Shown: positions 12,553-25,959, counted from the stretch's first letter. The stretch is 64,000 nucleotides of DNA from Octopus sinensis (GCF_006345805.1 NC_042997.1:119226001-119290000); one strand, 5' to 3'. The notes: a model not told the origin generated them from the letters alone. Numbers and translations are program-made.

Positions 12553-13658
12553 TAGGAACTATGTAAATTTGCTTGCCGCTAGAATTTCAAACAAAATACA
12601 ACGAATATACGCAATTTTCATTTGGGAACAAGATGTTTATTGCATTGCTGTCGTTCCTTTCTATTTTACTTCGTCACGCAATGCAAAATATAACGTTTTA
12701 TATACAAAATACTTTTAATATTTTGCGTTACACATACAAAAGTGTGCAGCATCCTTTTTACAAAAGTCGTAAGGACAAAACGTTGGTGGATGACATCTCT
12801 CCTCGGTTCCTCGACGGATGTTGAACTCGGAAGATAAAGGCGAGCGAAAGCATTTTGTTCGATGAAGCTAACGATTCTGATAGCTGCCCACCTTCAAAAT
12901 AGTGTGCAATATCAAAATATAGTTGTTCAAAATTTAGTTATTCAAATTGAAAAATGCATTTCCTAAATAAGTAAAAGATCTCATTTATGTATGCAAAAAT
13001 GTTGGTCATTATATTATCTATAAATAGAAAGAAATGCATAAACGTAAGCTAGCTTATCGATATTATTTGGGAGTAAGAAAAAAAAAAGGAATTAGAATAT
13101 TAAACAATAAGAAATGTAAAAATAACTCCTGAGAGAATAAACAAATATTAAATTAAACTGGAAATCAATATTTGAATAACTAAATAAATGAGGTGTAAAA
13201 ATATATTGTAAAATACATATGGATATTAGAGAGACAAACATCGGATTACGAAAAATTATGGATATAAGTTATTGAATATCAACCGAGACACATATGAACA
13301 TATTTACGCAGAAATACACACAAACAAACAGAGAGAGAGAGAGGCAGGGGTTGTGGATAGATAGATATGAACATATATGGTGTTCAATTTCCTATTACAC
13401 ATTTTTCGTTCTTCTGTGTATATCTACGTATCAATGTATGCCTATATCAACAAATGTATCTACATAACCATGCATGCGTATATATATATTGTTCTAGTTC
13501 TCGGTCGAGATGTCATACATGGGTTTCTATTTGTTTTTCTATGTAACTACTATTCGTAATCAAACATTCAATAGGGAATAAATAATACCAAAAATTTTTC
13601 TACTCTTCTGGTTTAATATTTAAATCCTTTCACTTTCTTTCTTTCTTTCTTTCTGTAT

Positions 13659-13719
<61 letters not shown>

Positions 13720-14382
13720 TGCAGATACATTTATATATGCTTTCCTGGCCGTCGGTATGCGGTGGACATTTCTGGGTAATGGTCTATAAGAGTTGTATTC
13801 AATGCAAACGTAGAATGCAGTTAACTCATTCAAACAGATATGGTTGGTAATTGCCTAAGAGGTTTCCACAGTGTATGACTAATGGGGCGGCTGAAATAAC
13901 TATGCAGTCACGCACACACAAACAAACACACGCATATATGCATGCGCCGGCACACACACGCACACACATACAAACACACACACCTATTTTCTCATTATCT
14001 ATTCTTCAGTTCAGGAATTGGACTGGGGCCATGATGGGGCACACCCATGAAGCACGTGATCGAAGAAATCGAAACCAATATAGACTTTATTTTTCCGCCT
14101 GGAGCTTAATCTGTTTGTCTCTTAAGATTGCCCCGCTAGGTAAGGGGAACAGAAAGAAATGAACACCAGTTGTCAAACGGTGGTGGCAGAGAAAGACACT
14201 TACAAGGGACCACACATACACACAAATGCACCCCCTCACACAAACACACCCACATATAAACACAGACAAATGTGTTCAGCAGGCGTCTTTCAATTTCAGT
14301 GAGTCAAATCTCCTCACAAGATTATGGTCATTTCTTACCGCACAGCCATTTATGCGCCGATACCTTTAATCTGTACACATGC

Positions 14383-14414
<32 letters not shown>

Positions 14415-15690
14415 GCACATATATATATATATATATATATACATATACATATTTTATGCCAATCACATAGCCTCCTTCCAACATAGGAAGAAAGGTAAGG
14501 CTTCTACGTTGGGCTTTGAAAGATAACGAAACACTGCATGTGTTTAAATGGGAATTGAAAAACATTATGTGAATGTCTCGAATGAATGTAGACTTAGTTT
14601 AGCTGACAGAGCGCAGCGCCTCTTCAGATCTAACATCGCTAACTCTCTGTTGAAAGCCAAGTCAGAAAATTTCAGTAGCTCCATACATATTTATAAATAT
14701 ATTTTGAAGTATTGGAAAATACTCCCTATTCCTGACTGACTTGATATCTTTCCAGATTTATCATTTAAGGTCTGAGGAGGATAGCTCTTTTACCATTTTA
14801 CTTTTTATTTTTTACATTTTAGTTTCTGATTTGCGTTTTCCGTTTTTGGTTTTCTGTTGTTTACTGTCTGCGTTTTCTATATTCTAGCTTCTGAATCATT
14901 TCGCGTTTCTTCTATTATTAAAGTTCTTTAGTTCGTTGTTATATGTGATTTACGCCTGAAGAATATATGACACTATTAGTAGCGCTTTAATACATGTATT
15001 GTGAACTTTATAAAAATAACACACACACACACTCACACACATATAATTGTTTGAGAAAGAAGATTGATTCGAAATTCACTCACAATATAGAGATCTTGAG
15101 TTAGAAGTACTCAAGAGTAACTTGGGACGAAAGATATAAATATGTAATGCAAAGAAACAAAATCCGCAATCATGAGTTCGATTAGAAATGGATTTAAAAG
15201 TACATGATAGATTAAAAATACATAAATATGCAGACGTTTTTATTTTTAAAAAAAATTCGTAAGTAAATAAATATATTTAAAAATGTATATGTGTAAATTA
15301 ATGGATTTTAAAGAATCTCCGGATGCAGACTTAAAATCGTTAAAACATGTTTGTATAGGTAAAAACATTGGAGAAAGTCTGAAGTGGTGATGCAAACGAA
15401 CAAAAAGATGTAATGAAGAGAGAAGTTAAAGTTCGGACTAGTTAAAATTACTTAAAGTAGGGTACCAACAGCCGTTTCTGTGGCTTCATTTCGAGGGGAA
15501 AATAAAAGGATATAATACACATTATTTGGCTATCCTTCCTTCTTCAGGATAAGGGGTTTCCCGTGTTGACAAGTACGAATTATATATATAAAGTTAATCC
15601 AAACAAGAAAGCACAAGAAAACACAACAACGCGAGGACGTGGAACAAATATAGTATTATTGGACGCTCAGGAAAGAAGGAAAGAAGAAGG

Positions 15691-15725
15691 GTTTAACGTT
15701 TCGAGCGGAGCTCTTCGTCGGAAAC
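15691..15725 (-). ncRNA. minimal hammerhead variant (core CCGACGA)
   Basis: gttt CCGACGA a gag ctccg ctc GAAA cg TT aaac. 4-bp helix I, 3-bp helix II, AACGTT palindrome. Confidence 0.55.
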
Positions 15726-15998
15726 ATAGGAGAAAAAAAGATCCACAGAAGGGAAGACAGAGGAAAAAAAATCGCCAACGGTACACACGAGGTCACATTT
15801 TGAAAGACCGATATATATATAGTTTTGGCCGTGTTGGCTGCTTCTTCTAGCATGTAAAAATTACTTGTTAAATTGTAGTTTACTTTTGAGTTTATATGTA
15901 CACTATGTTAAAATAAGAATATGTTGTCTATTGACTATTTTTACATGCTAGGCCACTGGTGGCGATATTTCTAACGAATATTCGCTACCCTATTGATG

Positions 15999-16041
<43 letters not shown>

Positions 16042-16044
<3 letters not shown>

Positions 16045-16497
16045 GTGAAATAGAAAGATGAATAATCTTGTTGCAGATTAATCAAAAGTTTAACCGCTAC
16101 CTTGGTAGCAAAAATCACAGCAGAAGACAGCACGGTTGGAGGTACAACCATATGGTGTTGCAACCGTGCGTTGGTGCGGATAATTGAATTTTAATATTAT
16201 TAGTGAATTGAAGAAATGGAGTTGAACGAAGATTGAACAGAAATCGTTTTATTTCATTCTACACGTGTTTCGAAAGGCACAATTTACCAAATTCCGATTG
16301 AATAATGAGACCATATTGCGTCTTTCTCTTCAGGAAGAAATAGGAAATCCGTTGGAAAAAACAAAAACAGAACAGAGGCGGAGCAAAACAAATCGAACTA
16401 GGCTCCTAAGAGCCCATGGCCAAACTGTTTATCAGTGTATGTTGAAAACGGGTGGTACCACCCGTTTTCAACATACCCGTTTTCACCCGTTTTCACC
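16042..16497 (-). mobile_element. Penelope-like pseudo-LTR remnant
   Basis: Contains an intact hammerhead. Starts with a perfect 40-bp palindrome (16437-16476) plus 10-bp tandem repeats and ends at (TA)n. Confidence 0.55.
16250..16342 (-). ncRNA. type I hammerhead ribozyme, canonical core
   Basis: tatttcttc CTGAAGA gaaag acgcaat..attgtgc ctttc GAAA cacgtg TA gaatgaaata. 9-bp helix I with a 1-nt bulge, 5+6-bp helix II, CACGTG palindrome, GUA triplet. Confidence 0.85.
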
Positions 16498-16667
16498 AAA
16501 ATGTATTGTCAAACATGAAGTGGTTATTGTGTAGGATGAATTCAATTGATTTAGTAATGAATTCTTTACTGATCCTTTTTGGTATTTCTTCCGGAAATTG
16601 GTCTAACCAGAACTGTATTGCCTCCAGTCCATAATTATGAGGTATACTGGTATACAAGTTGACTATA

Positions 16668-17852
16668 ATGTTTGACAATACATTTTACCGTCAAAAATCC
16701 GGAATTGCTATGGGTACAAGGGCAGCACCAGTCATTGCGAACTTAACAATGGGATACATGGAAATAATCATTTACCAGGAATCTCTATCAATCTTTGGAA
16801 ACTCCCTCTCTCAATACATAAAAGAGAATTGGAAACGATTCCTAGACGATTGTTTCATTCTCTGGAATGAAAACATAGATAAACTCCTAAAATTTAAAAA
16901 CCTATTGAACAGCATAAACCCAAATATACAGTTCACAATGGAATACAACCAAAAGGAGCTCCCGTTCTTGGATATACTAATTAAAAAAAATAACCTTAAA
17001 ATAGAAACAGACATTTTTTACAAAGCCACAGACGCCAAACAATACCTTCTTTTTAATTCATGCCACCCAAGACACACTAAAACAAACATCCCCTTCAACC
17101 TTGCAAGAAGGATATGCACAATAGTGTCAGAACAAAATACCAGGAACTTTAGACTGCAAGAACTCAGAAACAAAGAAGCCTTCACCATCATCACCCAGAA
17201 TTTACCAATACTTCATAAAAACCCAAAATTAAAGGAAATTCTAAACATACACCAAATCATTAAAAGCTACAAACAGCCTAAATCACTTAAAAAGATTCTC
17301 ACAAAGGCAAAATTGTCTTCTGAAATTACGGATGCAAAAGTAAAAAAATGTGGTAGATCGAACTGTGCAACATGTCCTAACCTATTGGAAGGATCAGAAT
17401 TCTTCTTTAAAGAGGGACAGAAATTCAAGATCAAATCTAACTTTACTTGTGCCTCTGAAAACATAATTTATGTCATTAAATGCTCGGGCTGCCACCAAGA
17501 CTACGTGGGTTCCACGGGACTATCACTCATGCGTAGATGCACACTGCATCGACAACAGATTGCATTCCCAGAATATAGAATGATACCTTTTAGTGAGCAC
17601 ATTGAGAAATGCGCAAAGCAACTACTGCCACAATTTTTAATCTTCCCATTTTACCAATGTGCTTTCGGATCATCAACACAAATGAGACTGAACAAGGAAA
17701 CATTCTTCATTGAAAAGTACAAACCCAGACTCAACCATCCGAACATACTGACACAGAGAATTAACAAGGAAAGGAAAAAAAATTTTAAGCGATTATCTCC
17801 CTTACACCGGAAGAAATCACTCACTACCTCCCCTTATTTAGAAATCTCCTGA
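16668..17852 (+). pseudogene. Penelope-like pol remnant (C-terminal RT, thumb, GIY-YIG endonuclease)
   Basis: Open frame, but truncated at the 5' end. Probably carries an in-frame internal deletion at QELR/NKEAF (inferred from typical PLE length). Confidence 0.88.
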
Positions 17853-17897
17853 AAATAAACACAACGATAACTCCATGCAATATAAACATAACGTCAC

Positions 17898-17936
17898 AAG
17901 AAATTTGAAAAGCTACACGCGAAACCGGTATTTCTT
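17898..17936 (+). ncRNA. hammerhead variant with U3:A8 core at the PLE 3' end
   Basis: aagaaa t TTGAAAA gc tacac gc GAAA ccgg TA tttctt. Confidence 0.55.
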
Positions 17937-18133
17937 TAAAAATTTTCTTTAAAAATTATAAAATTATGTCATTTTAAGGAAAGGAAAAAAATTTTTCCAA
18001 TATTCTCCAGACATTTTGACACAAATATATAAATTTTTTTTAACATTTAAGCCTTCTGTCGTTTTTTCACTCTTTACCATTTTCTTATATATTCACCCAC
18101 GTGCTTTACCAAACAAACTTTCTTATCTATCTA

Positions 18134-18201
<68 letters not shown>

Positions 18202-18244
18202 CATACACATATCTATCTATCTATATCTATATATATATATATAC

Positions 18245-18282
<38 letters not shown>

Positions 18283-18298
18283 GTATTATATATATATA

Positions 18299-18343
<45 letters not shown>

Positions 18344-18360
18344 TTACATATATATATGTG

Positions 18361-18401
<41 letters not shown>

Positions 18402-19544
18402 GTGGCGGGGGGCGTCTGTGTTTGTGTGTGTGTGTGTGTATAATCATGCATAACAGTTTATTGAAACTGAAGCTGAAGGTTTTTCACGTCACTCGAGATT
18501 TAGCGATCCCGAAGAGGGAAATGCCTGTTGCTAGATAATTCACATTAAGAAACACTTCCCTCTACGACATATACTAATCTCTCGTGTCTCCTTCATACAA
18601 CTAGCATAAAGAAACGCATGTGCCTATCTCTCGATATAAACATACGCAAAAAGATGCATTCACACTTACACTCGCATATATGAATGTGTGTGTGTCTGTA
18701 TGTATACATGTATACTGGGACACGCGCACTGTTCTGCACTATCTAGGCATAACACCTATACATACAGGCTGGAAATTATGCTTAATATAACCTCTCAAAA
18801 TATTTATTTCATTTATAAAACGTATCTTTACTCCCATAGGCACATCAAGGAATATCATCAAAGCAATGCATTAATCCATCCTCTCTGATATATTTATGAA
18901 TTGACTGCAACATTTTGCGTTTGACGTTAATTGCCCTCGATACGACTAAAATATATTGCTTAATATGATATAGGTAATGGCAATATGCACAAATGATAAA
19001 CCACATATATCTCCGCAATTTTCCATAATTTCTCTGACCACTAATATTTATACGATGAAATCCATCCACTTATTGATATTGTCAAATGTAATTTGAATAA
19101 AATGTTAATATATAAAATTAATCGTCAGCTACCATTAACTGAGTAAACATATAACGAATTCATACCAGATCAACGATATTAACAAAAATTACAAAAAAAT
19201 CAAAAAGAAATGAAAGGCTTTGGTGTATACATGAATTTTATGATATACATTTTGCTGTGTATCTTATAAACTCTAGTAAATGGTTGTATTACGGATTCCA
19301 CATCAAAGCAAATTCCGATATTCAAATATCAATCATAAGTCTCTGACTGAATTCAGACAAACGGAGAAAATGTAAATGGTAATGTATTTAGTGTGTGTCT
19401 ATCTAAGCATGAAACCCGTGCGGTACACTTATTCTGTCCAAGTGGTGCGTTTAGTGGAACCGACACCGTTGCAGGCATTTGATCTGAGGACCATCTCATT
19501 CTTCCTAAAATTCTGAGAAATCCGGTATATGAATGTGTGTGATG

Positions 19545-19602
<58 letters not shown>

Positions 19603-19603
<1 letters not shown>

Positions 19604-20105
19604 GAGAGTAGAGAGGCAAGTTTTGTCTAGCGAATGTTTTAAAAAAAGATGGGTGAATGTAGCAAGAATGGCACGTATGAATGACGAAGCCACCTTGAGC
19701 ATAGTCCTATGAACCCAGAAATCGAAAACAGAGAGTTGCTTATTTGCAAAAAAAAAAAAAAAAAAAAAAGAAATATAAAATGTGACTTCATTGACCGAGG
19801 TTACCGTGGTCTTTTCCGCAGGCTTTTCTTTCCACGGGTAAACCTCACCTGTCCTCCCCTTTACACTTCATATTGACATTTCTGTGATAACGATCCCTAT
19901 TGATCATTTTTTTTCCTCCCCCCCCCCTTTTTTTTTTTTTTTTTTTAACCCCCCTTATTTTTGTCCTCTTTCTCTCCTTTTACGATCCCCTTTGATCGAA
20001 CCTCCCCCTTCCTTTTTTTTTTTTTTTTTAATACCTTCAAAAGAAAAGCTCTACCTTGTAATTTGTTCTATCTGTGTGCAGCCCTGTGTGGCTAATAAAG
20101 AAACA
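19603..20105 (+). mobile_element. Tx1-like (L1 clade) 3' end, copy A
   Basis: Near-identical to 31735-32301 and 32510-33001. Flanked by (TATC)n on the left and TATC/(TGTC)n/(TATC)n on the right. Ends aataaagaaaca with no poly(A). Confidence 0.8.
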
Positions 20106-20127
20106 TATCTGTCTGTCTGTCTGTCTT

Positions 20128-20179
<52 letters not shown>

Positions 20180-20180
20180 G

Positions 20181-20248
<68 letters not shown>

Positions 20249-20287
20249 ATATCTATCTATCTATCTGTCTGTCTGTCTGTCTGTCTT

Positions 20288-20354
<67 letters not shown>

Positions 20355-21479
20355 GTCTATCTATCTATCTATCTATATATCAATCATGATCATCGATGCA
20401 CTGAAAAATGCTCCACTTATTGATATTGTGATGACAAATTTTGATAGTCCTCTGATAAACGAGAGGCTGGCTGGTGTCAGGTGAAATGTCGTTTGGCATC
20501 AACATGCTCTCCATACACTTTATCTGAATAAAAAGAAGTCCATGAAGGTTCCATCTGGAATACGTCTGCGCTGAAGCATAACCTAGCACTAAAGAGTAAA
20601 TATGATAGTTGTCAGTCATTTAGCACTGGTATAATTAGAGTAAATCTCCTTTTAGTACAGTTTTCTACGTCATATAGTCTTCACTCTCTCGTTCTCACTT
20701 ATATCCATGTAAACACACACCCATATATTCTTACGTGTGTGCTTATGTTTTGTGTGTGCGAGCGTGAGTGAGTGCGTACATCTGTTTATGCGTGTGTTTG
20801 TGTGTGCGTGTGTTTGTGTAAGTGTGTGTGTGTGTGGGGATCCACATCTATTTCTGTAACGTTTTTTGCCGTTCTATTCTTTATTCCCCACTCTCTATAA
20901 AGATTTTGTTTCCGTTGCAATTCTATCCATACATAAAAATGTATCGCCTTTCCCGAAAAGAAACAAAAAAGAAAAAAAAAATTGGTGCCAGTGAGATAAA
21001 GATTAATAACAACAACAAGAACAAGAAAAAAGTAAACAACAACATAACAATAGACTGCCCATACCAGATAAGCCATATCAGGAAGTAATTGATTCCCAAA
21101 GTAGTAGGAGATTGTCAACATAAATATCGAAAATATTCTCGATAAGTCTTCAGAAAATAATTTGAGATTTATTTCTTTTGGGAATCGTTGCTTTGATAAT
21201 GAGAAGAGTGTTATCGCAATTTGTGATTCTATATAGAGAAAAGATTGGAAAGAAATATCCTAATGCTCGCTCAAAACCATTCAAATGACTATCGCTATTG
21301 GTTGTTGTGTATAAGGTTGCGGATGAATGTTTAGTTTTCAATAATAGAAATATAAGCGGGTTCCATCCAATAAAAAATCATAAATAAAGGAGAAAATGCA
21401 ATATTACTGAAATTTATTATTAGAACTATGAATGCTGATATTTTCAATGAATGTGATGGACTTATTCATTTATAGCTAG

Positions 21480-21870
21480 ACGTAGCTGAGTGGTACGGAT
21501 TTTGTTTACAAACCTCATCGATCTAGTTTCAGTCCCGTTGCACGGTGCTTTGAATAAGTGTCATCTTATTTCTTATTTCTTTATTGCCCACAAGGGGCTA
21601 AACATAAAGGGGACAAGCAAGGACAGACCAACGGATTATGTCGATTATATCGACCCCAGTGTGTAACTGGTATTTAATTTATTGACCCCGAAAGGATGAA
21701 AGGCAAAGTCGAGCTCGGTGGAATTTGAACTCAGAACGTAGCGGCAGACGAAATACCGCTAAGCATATCGCCCGACGTGCTAACGTTTCTGTCAGCTCAC
21801 CGCCTAAAAATAAGTGTCTTCTGCTGTAAATCTGGGCCGACCAGAGAAATTTGTGCGGTGGTCACAGGCA
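21480..21870 (+). mobile_element. old SINE family 3 copy interrupted by a family 1 SINE
   Basis: The head and core (..aataagtgtc|ttctgctgtaaatctgggccgacc) are split at 21566/21809. Confidence 0.6.
21567..21808 (-). mobile_element. SINE family 1 with 14-bp TSD
   Basis: Full head-to-tail copy. TSD aataagtgtcatct (21553-21566) / aataagtgtcttct (21809-21822). Confidence 0.9.
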
Positions 21871-21879
21871 GAAAATGAA

Positions 21880-22228
21880 AAGAAGCCATCTTTTCTTATA
21901 TATACTTCGCGACAAATATCTACTCTCCAGCCATGTTTTGTTCTTCATATGGTATCTGAAGTAGAAGAGCAAACCAGGTTTGGAGATGAAGGATACTCTC
22001 ACGATTACAGCATTCTGGTTCTTCATGCACACTCTTTTTTACTACGACCGTACACAGAAAACATACCTCACCTTCCTGTGATAGGCCGGTTGGGGGTACA
22101 ATATTTATCACAGATTCAATTGATAACTGTAACCTTCCCCGGTGCGACAACACACGTAAATTATCAAGCCCGAAAGCTCCGGGCACTGTACAAGAGCGTG
22201 CGGGACGGTTTCATCGTCCTTCCTGTAC
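21880..22228 (-). mobile_element. diverged Tx1-like ORF2 C-terminal fragment
   Basis: DDETVPHALVQCP..GRLQLSIESVINIVPPT is homologous to DETVLHALVQCP..GLSAESIVNIVTPP at 31440-31580. Confidence 0.7.
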
Positions 22229-22229
22229 C

Positions 22230-22470
22230 TACTGGTCGGCCCACAACAGGTCCTACCTGGGGGTGACCGCACACTGGCCTAAATGAAATGCCACGTCTAA
22301 GGCACGGCGGCTGTGGAAGCTGCAGCATGGGGGCGGCAGACTGGACGCGTTGAAGTGGAGGCTGGTGGTCTCCAAAATTACCAGGTGGAACTCTACCTAT
22401 GACTCTGTTGTTGTCCTCAACAACCTGCTAGAGAAGATTAATGGAGCTGTCCTCAAGGTGATGATACCGC
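22230..22470 (+). mobile_element. internally deleted hAT transposase fragment
   Basis: WSAHNRSYLGVTAHW at 22233 and TRWNSTY at 22380 are both hallmark hAT motifs, abnormally close together. Confidence 0.7.
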
Positions 22471-22713
22471 TGTAGCTGTATTAGTTTTAGTTAGTATTGG
22501 TTGTATTGAATTCAGTCCTTTGATTTGGCAAACTATAGATCAAATTTCAAAGACCCCCCTCTCTCTCTCTTCTCTCTCTTCTTCTCTCCCACTCTCTATG
22601 CCTCTGTATATATGTCGTAGCATGGAAATCTAGATTTACTTACGGAGTCAGCAATTAAATATCGCCAGAGGAGATTCATATGGATCTTCTTCTACAGGTA
22701 AATCGTTACATAA

Positions 22714-23853
22714 TCTTTATATATATATAAAACTGAGAATATGTATCTGTCTGTCTGTCTGTCTGTGTGTTTCCCTAAAACTTGAGAACTATACAGCCAA
22801 TTTCATTCAAATTTTACACATGCCTTACTTAGGGTCCATGTCGTTTCATGGGCAAAAAAACTTTCAACTTCTTACCCAGAGCGAGCTCATAGCAATATCA
22901 TATCATCTCCACTATTTCAGTATTACGTGTTAAAAGTGAAACAAAAACATTTCTCTATTTTATGTCAGATACTTTCACTTTAACAATGAAAATAATAATA
23001 ACAATTGAATTATATGTAGTAAGTAATAATTAAAATCACACTAAAGTATAATATAATCGTAACATAGCAAAAGTAAAAATATAGCAATTGGTATAAAATT
23101 GCATCAATGACTTGAACTTGAATCAGTGGTTTCACATGAATGGGTATAAATAAAAAATAAAATTTAAGTGCAGAAATGGAATAATCCAGATGGAGGTGTG
23201 CACGGCTTTTACATTAGATTATTTGCTAATTAGCTAGCTTTAAGCATTCTACTGAGTACCGCTGTTAGTTTATTTCTGATCCATAAAGGCCTATAGCTTC
23301 AACAGAGTACTGCTTTTTGGTTTACTGTAAGGTTTGTTGTTATTATTATTTCTGTTTAACTATTGATATCACATTTGTTGGTTCCTCGTGAGGAAAGCGT
23401 TGTTGTGTTACATTTGTTAAATAATTGTAAACCGTAACCCTCCCTCTTTGGGAGAAGGAGCTTTGGTTATTGTTTAAAAATTGAATTGTGTCCCTGTTTG
23501 GGGAAATTGATAATATTTTCACCGTTTACACGGAAGTATTTTTGTTAAAATGTCTTCGATAGAAGAAAGTTCAAAAATGAATTTCACTACAGCCTTCGGA
23601 TTGTAGCCACACTTATATACAAGAGGGAGGACAAGATACAATTGATCGAAATTACAAGAGACGGGCTAACAATTCCAGTTTGTTATATATTTTGAGTATT
23701 GTTATCACTAGCGATATCAAAATATAACCTTGTATTTTGTATTTTATGTGTAGATGCATATATATAGATGTACATGTAATATGTAAACATATATATACAC
23801 ATATATACATGCACTAGCACTGTGACCCGGCAACGACGGGTCTTTAATGCTAG
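22714..23853 (+). mobile_element. non-autonomous Helitron
   Basis: A|TC 5' terminus followed by (TGTC)n. 3' hairpin gacccggcaacgacgggtc, then CTAG|T at 23850-23854. Confidence 0.75.
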
Positions 23854-24394
23854 TTTAATTTAAATTTAACTCTAAATCCTGTATATATATGGATCCGTAC
23901 GTATCGAAGCCTTTGTAGAGATTATTAAAAAAGCAGCCTATCCGAGCATACTGTTCCTTTTGATTCTTTTACTTTTTACTTTTTTACTTTTTACTTTATA
24001 CACAGATATATATATATATATATACATACATGTAAGCATGCATGCATTTATGCAGATTGAAGCACCAGAGGAGAAAACTTCCTAGGCAAAGTATGATGAT
24101 TTGATGACATGTCGACAAATCTATGTAAGAGAATTTGTAGAGGTTTTATTTTAAACAAAGAATTGTATTTATTGTATTAACATTAAAACGTTTGCTGACT
24201 CTTTCGATAGAACTTTCTCTCACTCTTTCCCCCTGCATTTTGCAGCTCACCTGCGGCAGACCACCATCCCGTGGAGTTGGGGAACCTGTACGCCAAGGAA
24301 ACCGGGAAACCGGCCAAGCGTGGCTCGATAAGTAACAACAGCAACAGCTTATACATGCATACACACACACACACACACCACACACACACATATA

Positions 24395-24437
<43 letters not shown>

Positions 24438-24514
24438 TACACAGATATATTTTAATAATTCGCTGAGGCATAGCGAAATAACTTTCCCAAATAAAGTCCA
24501 CTTCATATTCAAGT

Positions 24515-24590
24515 CTCTGATGACGCTATAGGATGGTATCATGGTACTTAACTAAGATTCCACCACATCCTATAGCAAAAAGAGCTGTAA
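24515..24590 (+). ncRNA. decayed hammerhead motif
   Basis: CTGATGA c gctataggatg..catcctatagc (11-bp helix II), then aaaaagagctgta; the GAAA core is mutated. Confidence 0.4.
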
Positions 24591-24690
24591 ACAAATAAAG
24601 AACATTAGAGAATATTTGCCGTTTCTGATGTCCTCTTATTGTTTCTACACACATATACATTCACACATGCATATGTATATATATATATGT

Positions 24691-24730
<40 letters not shown>

Positions 24731-25093
24731 AAACAATCACACACACACACTGATTCCTATTTCTAGAAATACCGGAGGCGAATTGTGTCTTTTGTCACTT
24801 TAGTGACGTCTATGTATCTGCCTGCCGGCTGTAAAAGTGCGAAAAAGGTAGCATTTATTATTATCATCATCACTATTATTATTATTATTATTATTATTGT
24901 TATGATTATTATTATTATTATTATTATCATATATGTGTGTGCGTATAGGCAAGACGTTGAAACTTTGTGTGTCCCATGACACTATATAGACCCTATGTAA
25001 TACGTGTGTGAAGTCTCATTCAAATCGGTTGGGTGGATCTCGCGATTCAACTACATGGCAAACACACAATCAGACACACATCCTGTGTTATAA

Positions 25094-25126
<33 letters not shown>

Positions 25127-25244
25127 ATTATATATATACATACATGTGTGTGTGTGTGTGTTATGTGTATGTGTTTGTGTGTGAGTATGTGTGTATGTGC
25201 GTGTGTGTGTCTGTGTCTGTGAGAAGTTATGTGTGCGTGTGTGT

Positions 25245-25530
25245 GTTTCATGTTCTAATGCTTAAAGGCCGTGTTTCGAGCCATGATTGGACACCGCCTT
25301 TCAGTGTGAATGGGTATCGTTTCTGTATTATTTCTTGTGAATTAGCGAGTTGCACGGAGCTACAATTCTGTTGTGTCATCTGCCGCAATGAGCTCTCATC
25401 TGGTATCTCAGATAAAACATTTTTCAGATGATCATTGAAGATCTCCACAACTTCATCTTCCATATCTACGATTGGCAGGATGCCGAATAGTTGTGGACCT
25501 ATAAATCCCAAGCTATCCCACTACTGCGTC
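25245..25530 (-). mobile_element. 3' end of CR1-group LINE family B, decayed
   Basis: GFIGPQLFGILP..LSEIPDES..NSL and tail aaggcggtgtccaatcatggc match 60870-61131. Confidence 0.7.
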
Positions 25531-25574
<44 letters not shown>

Positions 25575-25817
25575 TGAATAGAGGAAGTATTAACGTCTTA
25601 AAGGGATGATTATATCCAAGAAAACAATGGTTCTATACGTAATATTGATCGGAAATAAATTTTTTGTAAATCAATATGTATATATTATGTATATAATTAG
25701 TATTCAATTAACACAAGACAAGAAAGTTTTAATTTACTTAATGAGAACAATTGAGACAGATGTGGAAAGTTTGGTATATCACTTTATTAATAAATAATCA
25801 TGAACTTTACACGCACT

Positions 25818-25848
<31 letters not shown>

Positions 25849-25959
25849 GTAGTAGAATAAATAGAAAGTCCCTGGTACAGTATTTGAGAAAAATGGATAC
25901 AAAAAGTCATTTCTATTAATTTATTTCGGTATTATGAGTGGGTTTTGAAACAGCTGTTT

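Larger units (their letters stand above)
16498..18125 (+). mobile_element. 5'-truncated, 5'-inverted Penelope-like retroelement (RT + GIY-YIG)
   Basis: RT motifs GIAMGTRAAP and WKRFLDD. CGRSNCATC and NIIYVIKCSGCHQDYVG..RRCTLH..KETFFI..RLN are the GIY-YIG domain. The upstream RT part (VNLYTSIPH) lies inverted at 16498-16667. Confidence 0.92.

Noticed and set aside
21814-22266. 150-aa plus-strand ORF
   Set aside because: Spans a SINE end, antisense Tx1 sequence and the hAT junction; chimeric and not a gene.
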